Below, piece after piece: positions 37,940 through 50,500 of a stretch of DNA of 64,000 nucleotides. The stretch is from Eledone cirrhosa (lineage: Eukaryota). The stretch is taken from positions 132,184,001 to 132,248,000 of the forward strand of contig OZ024741.1 of the NCBI GenBank assembly GCA_964016885.1, given 5' to 3'. The notes beneath the pieces were generated by a model. The model saw nothing but the letters and a program-made list of their open reading frames with translations, was not told where the DNA came from and did no database searches. Position numbers and translations under genes: made by a program. Positions within the stretch are counted from its first letter, which is position 1. The number at the start of each line of letters is the position of its first letter.

Positions 37940-39600
37940 CAACCAAGATAGCTTGCAAGTCAGTCAAAGACGACCTGAGCGAGGTGCTAAGCCCAGTCCA
38001 GCTGGGAGTAGGAATCAAGTGTGATTGTGAGGCCGCAGCTCATGTAGCAGACACTTCATAGATCACGCGCCTCCCTCTTCACCAACCAAGTCTGAGGTGA
38101 CCAACATCAGCTACGGAGAGGCCGAATTGCGCAACACCGTACTCTGCTCCCATCCCATCCTAGCCGGGACTCGGCTGACACCCAAGGACACCCCATGCAT
38201 TCTCGGCTCCCCCATTCTCCTAAAAGCCATAAGAGAATGCCTGGAGACCAAGCATGCGGATTTGTCACGATTAGTGGAGAGGTTGTCCCTCATTGACGCT
38301 CATCCTGTGTTCTTCCTCTCGAGGTAATGTTTCGCCCTCCCCAAATTCACATTCACGCTCCGTAGAGCACCTTGCCATCCCCACGCAGATCTTCTCGGGG
38401 AACTTGACGCCACCATTCGACGCTGTGCGGAACTCATCTGCAATGTCAGTGTCGACAGCTCAGGCTGGCAATAGACGACAATCCCAGCGAGGTTCGGTGG
38501 CCTCGGCCTCCAATCAGCTTCGGACCTAGCTTTACCTGCCTACTTCTCTTCTATCTCCTCCTGTCGCCCTCTCGTCAGCGAGGTTCTCAGCCAGACGGCC
38601 GAACCTGACCTGGCCCCTGAGAGGGAACAGGCTCTGGTCTACTGGACAGGAAAAAGCCTCTCTTTACCCCAGTATTTACGGTCCAACGTAACTGGGACGA
38701 CATCAATTGCAGGTCTTCTGTCAGGCGGATCGAGTCTGGCTTGGACCAACACCGCTTTGCCTGCCGCCGCTCCAATTCTCAGCCCAATAGCGGCGCGTGG
38801 TTCAATTCGGTGCCCTCCTCATCACTGGTACCCTTCTTGATGATAAGTGCAGTCGCGTTAGAGTAACCCAACGCCTTAGCCTCCACGTATGTGAGCCACA
38901 TAAATGCCGCTACGGGGTGGTTGTTGACAAGTTCGGCCTGCACCCTTTGTCTTGCTGCCAGAGCGCAAGCCAGTTCCCCGGACACGCCGCTCTCAACGAC
39001 ATATTGAGAAGGAGCTGGCTTTCCATCTCAACGGGAACCAGCAAACCTAAACCACGGAGATGGTAAGCGCCCTCTTCCCATTCGAATGAGGTAGACCCCT
39101 CATATGGGACGCCACCTGCTGCGACACGTTCTTTGCCCCCAGCTTAGTCGCTTCAGCCACAAACTCAGGCATCGCGGCCTGCCTCACGGCCTGCCTCGCA
39201 AAATAACGTAAAATAAACAAATACTGGGGTTTGTCCGGCCCCTACCACTTAGCACCAGTCGCCGTTGAAACCTCAGGCGTACTTAGACCCCGTACAGCCG
39301 AGCTCCTCCGCAAGATCGGAACGTTGACGACCCGTCTGAGGAAGGAGCCCCGCAACGTTGGGTGGCTGTTGCAGCGAGTGTTACTGGCCATCGTCCGCGG
39401 GGCGTAGCACTTCTGCCCCCTTTGCCCTAGGCCCAAAGCCCAATCACCCTCTCCCTTCACCCCTCCCTTCTGCGACACCAGAGCTCTTGCTATCCCCTCC
39501 CCTTCCTTTTCTTTTTCTTTCGTTTTCTCTTTTTTCTCTATATTTCCCTATTTTTTTTTGCCTTTCGTTTCCTTTTCTTTTTTTATTGTTGCCGTTATTA
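37940..39600 (+). mobile_element. CRE-clade non-LTR retrotransposon, decayed, RT core apparently deleted
   Basis: QLGVGIKCDCEAAAH, GGLG, AWFNSVPSS, GLHPLSCC...HAALNDI, DGKRP, WDATCCDT, PVAVETSG, LQRVLLAIVRG, then a pyrimidine-rich 3' UTR. Confidence 0.8.
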
Positions 39601-39796
39601 TAGTTATCTAGTTGTCATTTTACTACATTCATTTACTTTGGTACAAGACCTCTTATTTCTTCGATTCCATGTTATATATGTATGTGTCTAGTTTATTATC
39701 TTACAGTTTATATTTGAATATATTTCGATACTAGCACTTCATTTATCCACACGTTCTCTTTCTTCTTCTCTACATATTTATTATTAACTTAATTAG

Positions 39797-39995
39797 AAGG
39801 TGTATCGGTATAGCGTCGGACTAAATGTTTTGCGGTACTTACTTACGACTTTCTACGTTCTAAGTTCAAATCTCACCGAGGTCACCATAACCTTCCATTC
39901 TTCTGGGGTCGATAAAATAAAGTACCAGTTAAGTACTGGATTTGTTATTATCAACATTTTCCTTTCCACATATTGTTGGCCGTGTGCCAAAATGT
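39797..39995 (+). mobile_element. tRNA-derived SINE, decayed
   Basis: agttcaaatctcaccgaggtc...ggggtcgataaaataaagtaccag. Confidence 0.75.
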
Positions 39996-40301
39996 ACAAA
40001 GAATTATTAACAGCCATTTAGAGTCAAGTAAAGTATCATAGCATCGTTTACATTATCAGAACTCGTCACACTTTAGCCGTGTGCCCAGCCAGCTAGATTG
40101 AAATGCTAGATATCTCTCTCTCGACGTAGTTTCCTAGATATACAAAAAACTGAGGTTGTTACGTCTAGAATGTATTTCATCTGCTCCATCAAAGATGACT
40201 TAGAACTAAACAGTAGCAGCGGCAATAACAACAACAAAAACGACATACATACATACATACATACATACATACATACATACATACATACATACATACATAC
40301 A

Positions 40302-40764
40302 TGGTGGCTGCCAACTCGTTTTCGAGTATGGCCACTACTTTATATCCATGTAGGAGAACCCCTACCGATGCGCTGAACGAGTGTGACTTTTTAGTCCAGC
40401 CAGCGACTTGAAAACTCTGGTACAAACACTACACTTGTGACATTTATTGATACATAGTGCTGGGCCCATGGTACCATGTGACGACAAGGGCAGAGAGATC
40501 TCCAGATATAAAGCAATGCGTGTGCCGTGAAGCTTTTATAGTGAGCAAAGGCACTGCACAAAGCCAGTCCCACTCTCTTAACCAAGATGATATTTACCAA
40601 AAAGAACAAGTCAACATCATTGGATACCATCAGGGTTGCAGGTTTTATATCAGAGTTTTCCTTCTCCTAGAATTCTGCCTTGACAAAGGCTAAGGGGTCA
40701 TCTCCCCCGGACAAAGGCTAAGGGGTCATCTCTCCCGGACAAAGGCTAAGGAGTCATCTCTCCC
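40302..40764 (-). mobile_element. Truncated copy of the 19491-20102 repeat inside (CATA)n
   Basis: Reverse complement of ~19694-20102; 3 x 28-bp tandem at the truncated end. Confidence 0.85.
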
Positions 40765-40846
40765 ATACATACATACATACATACATACATACATACATAC
40801 ATACATACATACATACATACATACATACATACATACATACATACAT

Positions 40847-42090
40847 AAAATATGGTCATCAGAACTGTTAGCGTACAACAAATACATTGCCCACAATACT
40901 TATGCTGTGCCAATTCTAACGCCAACATTTGGCCTGCTGAACTGGTCATTGCAAGAACTAAGTGAGATGGATGTTAGAACTCGCAAACTTCTCAGTGTTA
41001 CTGGGAACTTTAACATCAATGGTGATGTGGATAGGCTATATTTCTCACGCAAGGAAGGTTGCCGAGGTCTAAAATCCATATTAACATCATATCAGACCCG
41101 GATAGTAACACTGAAGCAACACCTGCAACAGAAGAAAAAGGTTGGCAACCATCTTGCCCAGGTTTATGAGCATGAAAAATAAAATATCATTAGAATAGCG
41201 ACTGATCTGGAGGAGAGGTATGGAATAAAGCCTGATATAAATCTCTCACCCAGAGAAATCGGAAGATCCTATTCAATGTTCAAACAAGATGAAAAAAATT
41301 GACCAATTTACAGAAAAAGTTGTGCATGGATACTTGAGACGTAAAACACAGACCATGGAGGGGATAAACCACTCAAAAAGCCTGGCATGGAGTTCCGACA
41401 GGTTTATGACATCAGACCTTGAGGGATATCTCTATGCAATACAGGAACAAGAACTCCCTACCAAATGTCTGCTGCACAAAAGGGGAGGGCCATCAGCTAA
41501 CAATAAACAAAGATCGAGGATGTAAGCCACATTGTTGCCAGCTGCGAAAGAATGTCATCTCTCTACTACCCCCACCCCCACCACCCACCCATGAGACACG
41601 ATGGGATAGCTAGAACCATTTGAAACGCACTTCGGAAAACAAAATTAACAACAAACGAGGAAGAATATATTGAGACAGATGGCACTAAGGAATACTGGTG
41701 GAACCTGAAAATAAAAACTGCCACCAAACGGCCTGATATTGTTGTTTGGGACCACACATTGAAAACGTGTTCTGTTATGGAGATCAGCTGCCTACTTGAT
41801 GTAAACGTTGTCAGAAAAATACAGGAGAAGGAGGACATCTACGGACCATTGATGAGGAGTTTACAAATCCAGTATCCAAGATACACCTTTAGCTTCATAC
41901 CCATCATTATTGGAGCTACGGGTTATATACCAACCCGCTTGGACCAAAGTATGACTGAACTTGGATTTGCGGACAAAGAGCGCAGCGCCCTAATTCATAG
42001 TCTACAAATGGCTGCGATTCAAGGGATGACAATTTCTTTTCTTTGGTGGCCGGTCTAAAAAATATACTCGAAATTAAGAGAAAGAGATAA
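40847..42090 (+). mobile_element. 5'-truncated Dong/R4-type RLE LINE
   Basis: [18 protein letters not shown]...DVDRLYFSRKEG, EGYLYAIQEQ, RHD, RPDIVVWD, MEIS, PIIIGATG; (CATA)n on both sides. Confidence 0.88.
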
Positions 42091-42110
42091 CATACATACA
42101 TACATACATA

Positions 42111-45100
42111 GACAGTCAACGCGATCAGTCGCATATTTTGGCGTGGGAGACTATTTATTAAATTTAAGATGAATACTATCTCCGACAGTAATGCCACAAC
42201 TACAGTCAGGTTGAATAACTGGTTATTCTTCTAATTATATCTTCTGAAGACACCTTTTATTCGAATTCGTAGAGATATCCGACTAAATACATAATTCATT
42301 TTACAAGGATTTGCTACAAACAGCATGGCTGAACACAACATCAACAAAAAAATTAAGGAAGTACCGAAGACAAATAACAAGGAAGGTAATCAAACTTTAT
42401 TCAGTTGTAGCTACAGAAGAAACCGAAATTATAAATCGCATTTCTCTTGGAGTTGCGAACTTAATAATGATTTATTTAACTGTTATAAAATGGCAAAAAA
42501 CAATCCCTCCATTTGCTATATGAACAGAATGAAGCTACACTGGGACGAAATGCACCCAGAGCTAAATTATTTCACAGCGAAACAATTACGCCAACAAGCG
42601 ACGTTTGTTGAACGTAAAAATAAGATAAATATTATTAATTGTAAGTCCCCCACAACAAACATGTTATCAACAACACGTGCTACAAGTCGCCATGCTACTA
42701 GACTTCCTAGCAGCCAGGTCGAACAGCGTCTTGAAACAACTATGCCTGTAAGAAACTTGACACCACCTGTACCATCTAAGTCTACTTCGAATGCTGGAGA
42801 AAACACTATCGATAATAATAATAATCGAAGAAATAATAATAATAATCGAATAAATTTGACACCACGTGTACCATCCGAGTCTACCTCGACTGTTGTGGAA
42901 AATACTATCGATAATGATAATAATCAAAAGTATAAACAATTGAAAATTTCCCTCAACGAAATCTTCCAGAGAGAAATTAACTCATGTATAAATATCTGTC
43001 TTGCTGAACGTATTAAAACGACAATGTTTAATAAAAAACCAAATAATTATTTCTACTTTAGGCACAAGGCCAGCAATTTCCCAGTAGATTACTGGTACTT
43101 TATTTTATCGACCCCGTAAGGATGAAAGGCAAAGTTAACCTCGGCGGATTTGATCTCAGACCATAAAGGGCCGTAACTCTTTGCTGCAAAGCATGTTGTC
43201 CAACCCTCTACCGATACTGCCAATCCACCGCTTAAAATAAAAAAAACAAATAATGAAATATTACGTGTTATTGACTTAATAGGGGATGAATATTTACGAC
43301 GGATAAAAACCCCAACATTTTGGTAAATTAACGCCTGTTTATATGCCCTAGCAACGACAGTGAAGCATTATCTTGGTGATAGCAGAGATATTAACAAGAA
43401 CAGAACACCTCCAAAAATACCATCAGATATAACTAAAATAGAAAAAAAAGATTGCTGACCTACGAAAAAACATAGGATATGTGACAATGCTCCTTACATG
43501 CAAACAAACACACAAAAAACCTCACTCCTCACCAACAAAGAATGAAAAATAAAATAGAGACGATGTTTGGTAACAGTAGAACTCTCCAATATAAGCTGAT
43601 CACCCTCAAACAAGAATTGAGATCTGTTAGCAAAAAACGCCGATGCCTGAAGAAGGTAGATGAGAGAAAAGTGCTTAATAAAAGATTCAGACGAAACCAA
43701 ACATCAGTCTATAGAGATATGAAGGGCAAAATAATAAGTGTCACTGAGGCCCCATCCCAGAAAGACATAGATTCCTTTTGGAGCAAAATATGAGGTGAAA
43801 AGAAGAATTTCAACCAAGATGCAGTGTGACTAAGAGAAATCCGAAAGAACTATTGCTCCTACACTACAACAAAAACATACGAAATAAGTGAGGGTACCCT
43901 TGAGACTGTGATAGGAAAACTCCAAGATAAGAAAACACCAGGAAGAGACATGATTGTCGGCTACTGGTACAAAAAAATGATATTCTATCGGAGGTATCTT
44001 ACTGACCTCTACCAACAAGTTCTTAAGGGAGATACACTTATACCAGAATGGTTGACATTAGCACAAACATTACTGGTCCCCAAGAGCAAAGACACCCACT
44101 TGGCAAAAATCTACCGATGTATAAGATGGCAAGAACCTGATGTATAAGATGTATACAGCCTGCCTGAACCTATTCCCCCAAGATCACTGTGAAAATAATA
44201 ACATCATCACAGATGAACAAGCAGCTGGAAAGAAAGGGGTTTGGGGATGTGCTGAACAACTCCTAATCAACAAAACTGCGATGTCGGAGGTGCGACAAGT
44301 TAGGAGGAATATGACTACAGTCTGGCTGGACTACAGGAAAGCTTTCGATTCTGTTCCCCACAACTTGCTAAAGTCCCAGACATTATTGTCAGAGCCATAG
44401 AGAGGCTGTCTTCTTCTTGGGCTACTATCCTAAGGTTAAAGACAGAGAGGGAGGACTCTATTTTCACTGATAAAATAAAATATTGCAGGGGTATACTTCA
44501 GGGGGACAGTCTCTCTGTGATATTATTCATTTTGTCATTATATATTTTGTCTGTGATATTATTCATTTTGTCCTTTCTGCTCAAGAAATGTGAGGGATAC
44601 ATCATTGGCTCACAGGAGGACAGAAATACGAACCTAACCCATAATTTCTTTGTGGACGATCTGAAACTCTATGCCAAGGACATGGATGGGATGAAGAAAA
44701 ATCTTGACCTGGTTACAACGTTCTCAAAGGATATAGGAATGGAGTTTGGCCAAGATAAATGCTCATACATTACTGTAAAACGGGGTAAAACAACAACCCA
44801 ATCTAGCAGCATTGTCATCAATGGTCTAACTGTTTCACCAATATCTGATGAGGACTGCTACAGATACCTGGGGATAGATGAGAACATTTCCTATAATGGT
44901 ATCTGTAATAAAGAACGCGTAACCAGGCAATACTACACCCGATTAAGAAATATCTGGTCATCGGAAGTCTATGCGCAAAACAAAACAATGGCTCACAATG
45001 TGTTTGCTGTGCCTGTCCTAACACCAACGTTTGGAATACTCAATTGGATGATAGACGAAATCCGAGCAGTTGATGTTGGAACTCGAAAAATACTGAACAA

Positions 45101-46446
45101 CACCGGAAACATCCACATCAACAGTGACATAGACCGCCTTTACTTGAAACGTAAGCAGGGAGGCAGATGCCTAAAATCAGTTCAGACAACATTTGAATGT
45201 CGCATCATATCTCTCCGACAACATCTACGAACCTCGAAGCATAAGAGCCCGTTTCTCGAGCAAGTCTATCTGCATGAAACAGATAAGATCATGAGAGTTG
45301 GGAAGGAACTCCTCGAGAGATATTCCCTGTGTGATAATCAAAACCTCACACCCAGGGATGTCACTCAGCAGTATCGCAGTGAATCCATGGATGAAAAACT
45401 GCATCCTTATCAGCAAAAAAATCATGCACGGATATGTTGCCAGGAAGCTCCAGAGTGAGAGTATTATAGATATGGAAAGTAGTCTATCTTGGACCAATAA
45501 CCGCTATATTGGCTCCCACTTTGAAGGATACGCTTTGCAATCCAGGAACAGGAGATTAACACGAAATACCTGATTCACAAAAGAGATAGGGATGCAGGCA
45601 AAACACTTAGATGTGATAACAAGTGCAGACTCTGCAGAACTAACATCGAGGATATCACCCATGTCATCACCAGCTCTCCAAAGATGTCATCGCGGTACTA
45701 TCTACCTATGAGGCATGATGTAGTGGCCACAACACTATACAATGCAGTTCGTAAAAAAGATAGCCCCGATAATAAACACATTAAAAGCTACAGCAATGTG
45801 GAAGACATCCATGTACATAATATGAAAGAGTACTGGTGGAATGTTCCAGTAAAAACACCAATAAAATGCAGGCATAACAGACCAGATATTATGATATGGG
45901 AGAGGGAGAAGAAAGCATGCACAGTAGTGGAAATTAGCTGCCCAGCAGATGCCAATATAATATCAAAGATTAGTAAAAAGGAGAGTATTTATGCAGAACT
46001 GATGAGAAATCTGCAGATACTCCACCCTGATTACACCTTCAGATTTATGCCTGCGATTATTGGGGCACTGGGATATGTTAGTAACTGCCTCAATACAAAT
46101 CTTGAGAAGCTAGGCTTCACAGGAACAGAAAGAACACAACTAGTTAGTAAATTACAAGTACAATCCATTAATGGAACAGTAAAAATATGTAAAACATTTC
46201 AGAAATTTTGCATCTAATAACTGCATATACACATGTACAGATGCAAAGCATATACACATGCACACATACAACTAAAACCATCCACATCCACACATACAAT
46301 AACATCCATATCTACACATGCATGCATAAAGACATACATATCTAACTAGTTGATGTGTAAATTCCAATGAGAGAATCTTGTGTCTATGTTAGAAACCGAC
46401 TCTCTCTCTATTGGTAAAACTTTGTGAAATTATAAAACCAGAAGAA
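42111..46446 (+). mobile_element. Full-length but disrupted Dong/R4-clade non-LTR retrotransposon (single ORF 42325-46217: RT, zinc knuckle, restriction-like endonuclease)
   Basis: N-terminal W..ELN..L..CY..HWDEMHP; WLDYRKAFDSVPH, GILQGDSLS, FFVDDLKLY, YRYLG, CRLC...H, RHD, RPDI, VVEI. Several stops and frameshifts plus a SINE insertion; (CATA)n on both sides. Confidence 0.92.
43048..43231 (-). mobile_element. tRNA-derived SINE nested in the Dong/R4 ORF
   Basis: Full head and tail; imperfect 18/19-bp TSD at 43030-43047 / 43236-43254. Confidence 0.88.
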
Positions 46447-46849
46447 CATACATACATACATACATACATACATACACACATAAATACATACATACATACA
46501 TACACACATAAATACATGTGGTAATGAAATAAACTACAGCAAGCAACCCAATTGGATAATTAAAAAAAACAGTATTCTCTATAGAATAGAAGAGTTATCT
46601 ATAATGAGGTGTAAGGGCGAATGATGAGTTGAGAGCACGCCATTAATTAGCGAAACTGTACGGATGTTCTTAACAGATTACTGGTTGAAGAATTTCACCT
46701 TTTATCTGCGATATCTCATACTTTTGTATGGAGAAAGTATCAAGGGCACACAAGAACTGCCCTAATGATTATCAACTGTCACTACTCTCCTCATCCGCCA
46801 AAATAGCTAAACTAGTCTCCAGATAGTGTCCTCTAAAGAACGGTAGCAA

Positions 46850-47130
46850 AGACATTTATATCAACTAAGTGCTCAAAATGGGGCACGGATCAGTAGTAGA
46901 TTCTTCAAAAGGTAATCACTTCTCGATGATTTCGTATGTAAACCCAGACTTGTTGCATCATCATATCTCAAGAAAGACCTGGAAGAGAAATACGCGGCTT
47001 TCTCCAAAACGATCATGCATGGATATGTTATTTGCAAACTTGAGTATAATAAAAACATTGACAAATGTACCCTCTATTGGACCCGAAACCATTATATTAT
47101 GTCTCATTTTAAGGGCTATACTTTTGCAAA
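46850..47130 (+). mobile_element. Older Dong/R4-type fragment
   Basis: IMHGYVICKLEYNKNIDKCTLYWTRNHYIMSHFKGY aligns with IMHGYVARKLQSESIIDMESSLSWTNNRYIGSHFEGY. Confidence 0.7.
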
Positions 47131-47514
47131 CAGTACGTAGCTACGAAATTATTGATGAATAAAATAGATAGTGAAACACTTAAAGTCCCAAAATGAAACC
47201 TAAAATATCGATGGTTCACAAAATTAATGGACGATAGGGCTTATGAGATCAGCAACTGCACTAATATGTTATCGTGGTATTACCTCCTAATGTAACATTA
47301 CTGCTAATAAAATATATCATGCAAAGCCATCCTTGCGACAAATACGGAGAATCCACTATTATTGTGTATATGCATACATATTAACGCAAAGAATGTTAAT
47401 GGAACATTCCCATCAAAACCTTTCCCAAGTTCAAATATAACAGCTGTGATATAGTTATTCAGAACAGAAGTAAAAAAAACTGCGTAGTATAATATGTATA
47501 TATATATATGTATA

Positions 47515-50500
47515 TCTATTATATAAATGTGAAATGGGCGAAAATTGTCTGAGTCGTGTCTGGATACAGGCAAAAGGGTAGTACCAATGCTCTGATTGTC
47601 ATGAAGATTTACACATTAATGTAAAAGGTGCCGAGGAAGTGACAGGTCTACTTGGGGTTCTCTAAATTGAAAAATGTGGTCTCAATGGCCAATTTAACTG
47701 CTTTACTCTCTCTGTCGCTCTTCACTCCCTATATGACAACACTGCAGAGAGAGATAGGCCGTTAGACAGAGAGAGATACAATTAAAGTGTTAGATATTCA
47801 GAGAGAGAGAGGTGAGAGAGAGAGAGATAGACAGAGAGACAGAGAGACAGAGAGGGACCAGCAAACTTTAATTAACTTTCAGTCACATGTTATATATCTG
47901 TCGTCGCTCGCATAGCACACACACACACACAAACGATACTTATATAAAGCTGAGCGTCGTGTGTATGTATGTATGTATGTATCCTACACACCTCCCTATA
48001 CTATTTAACCTAAAATACTTTTATATCCATCTCTTAGTGAAGCATTTCCAATTCATTATACGTAAACAATGACATTAATTTTTCGCTTTTAGCTTAGCAT
48101 TTTATATTCAATGCCTCCCTTTTATAATGCAACTTATTGAAACGACTACGTGCTCTCAGTGGTTCAGTAGTTAACCTAAAGTACTTTTACACTGCTTCTA
48201 TAGTATCGTTATACGATATGCCTAACCGAAAACGACCAGTATTTTCTTCTAAACAAAATAAAGCCTTAAATTGTGAAGAATGGAGGCGCATGCGCAGGTA
48301 CGTTGTTTATCTATATCCTTTGTTATTTTGCTTCTTTTATCTCCATAAAAATATTATTTCTGTTTTGAGAAGTTGTAAAACAGTAATGGCCGAGTTAAAG
48401 CATTCATTTTTTTTTACTCCAGGAGACATTGGATGCAAGAGAGGCCCGTTTTACTGCCCAGCGCATTCAGCGCCAACGCTCACGTCTCGACGAGACTCCG
48501 GAGGCAAGGGAGGCCCGTCTTACTGCCCAGCGCACTCGCGACCAACGCTCACGTCTCGAGGAGACCCGGAGGCAAGGGAGGCCCGTCTTGCTGCCGACCG
48601 CAATCAGCGCCAACTCTCACTCCTCGAGGAGACTCCGGAGGCAAGGGAGGCCCGTCTTTCTGCTCTGCGCGATCAGCGCCAACGCTCACGTCTCGACGAG
48701 ACTCCGAGGCACAGGAGCACCGTCTTTCTGATCAGCGCACTCAAAACCAACTCTCACTTCTCGACGAGACTCCGGAGGCAAGGGAGGACCGTCTTTCTGA
48801 CCAGCGCACTCGACGTCAACGATCACGTCTCAACGAGACTCCGGAGGCAAGGGAAGAAAGGCTGGCAGGTAGACGGCGTAAACGTCAAGAAAATGCTGCT
48901 ACTACAAAGGACACTTTTTGCTTAAAAGCTGGCTGTAATTACAATCCTTCTGATGATTACACCAATCACACGGATTTGGCTCTTGGAAAAATGGATAAGG
49001 TATGTCAGTCCTGTGTGGTTAAGAAGTGGGTCGGTGAGGCTCCAGGTCTTTGCTGTTCCGGGGGAAAAGTTCGACTTCAGGCGCTGGTTGATCCTCCTGA
49101 TTTGCTGCAAAATCTTCTCATTGGTAAATCTGACCACGGAGTGAAGTTTCGCAAAAGCATTTGGAGATACAATTCATGCTTTGCTTTGACATCATTTGGG
49201 GTAAGGGATGGCAGAAACAACAAAAAGAACAACAACAGCAACAACACCGGTGTCGCCAGCAATTGTGACAACAACGAAGAAAGAAAGAAAACTTTACACC
49301 TACAAAATTCAAAGTCAGTGTTACCACCTAATGGGAAGCCTTCGCCCACAGCTAGGCGAGGAGCCTAAATTCCTCCAGGTATTCTTCATGGGCGGGAATG
49401 ATGAGGAAGTTTCCCAAAGATGCAAGATCAATTCATCTGTTGACGGGAACATTGTTGCGGAACTTCAAACTATGCTCCATGCAACCCATCCGTACGTCCG
49501 TGACTTGAAGAGTGCTTTGGAGCTTTTGGACTCTAGACATGAGATGAAATTGGTCATCAGAGCTGACAGACGACCTGCGGGTGGGCATCCTGGATGTTTC
49601 AACGCTCCAACTACCAACGAGGTAGCAGCAATCATGGTTGATGAAAATCATGGTGCACGTGACATCATCATTCAGCATCGCAATAACAGACTGACGTTCG
49701 TTGCAGAAACCCATCGGTCGTACGATTGCTTGCAGTACCCTCTTCTTTTTCCCTACGGCGAGGACGGCTACAACTTCGAGATTATCACAATTGATCCGAA
49801 AATTCTTGCTGCTTTACCAAAGACAGTTTCCAGCATGGATTTTTATGCATTCCGACTCATGATGAGAGACGGTCAATTCAACCAACTACTTAGGTTCAAA
49901 GAGGTGACAAACCAGTTCTTGGTTGATATGTACGCAAAGATTGAAGCGGAATGTCTTCTGTACATACGTACCCATCAAAAAGAACTAAGAGGGGTTCAAT
50001 ACGCTCATCTTAAGGATGCTTTGCAGAGTGACGGTGACGCAACGAATGTTGGGCATCAGGTGATCCTTCCTTCAAGCTTTAGTGGCTCACCCCGGTACAT
50101 GCATAAACGGACACAGGATGCCATGGCGTATGTCCGTAAGTTTGGGCGGCCGGATGTTTTTATTACCTTCACATGTAATCCTAATTGGGTGGAGATAAGG
50201 AGAATTTATTTACGGGCCAGGTGACGAGTGACAGGCATGATATTACAGCCAGAGTCTTCCACGAAAAGTTGAAGAAACTAATGTGCTTGCTGAAAGATAA
50301 GGCCATCTGCGGACAACTCAATGCTTGGATGTATACTGTGGAATGGCAGAAGCTGTGTCTTCCACACGCACATAATCTTATTTGGTGCAAAGAACGAATC
50401 AGACCTACGGACATTGATCGCGTTATATGTGCAGAGTTGCCCGATCCCCAAATTGATTTGCAGCTTTACAACATTGTGCTGGCTAATATGATACATGGAC

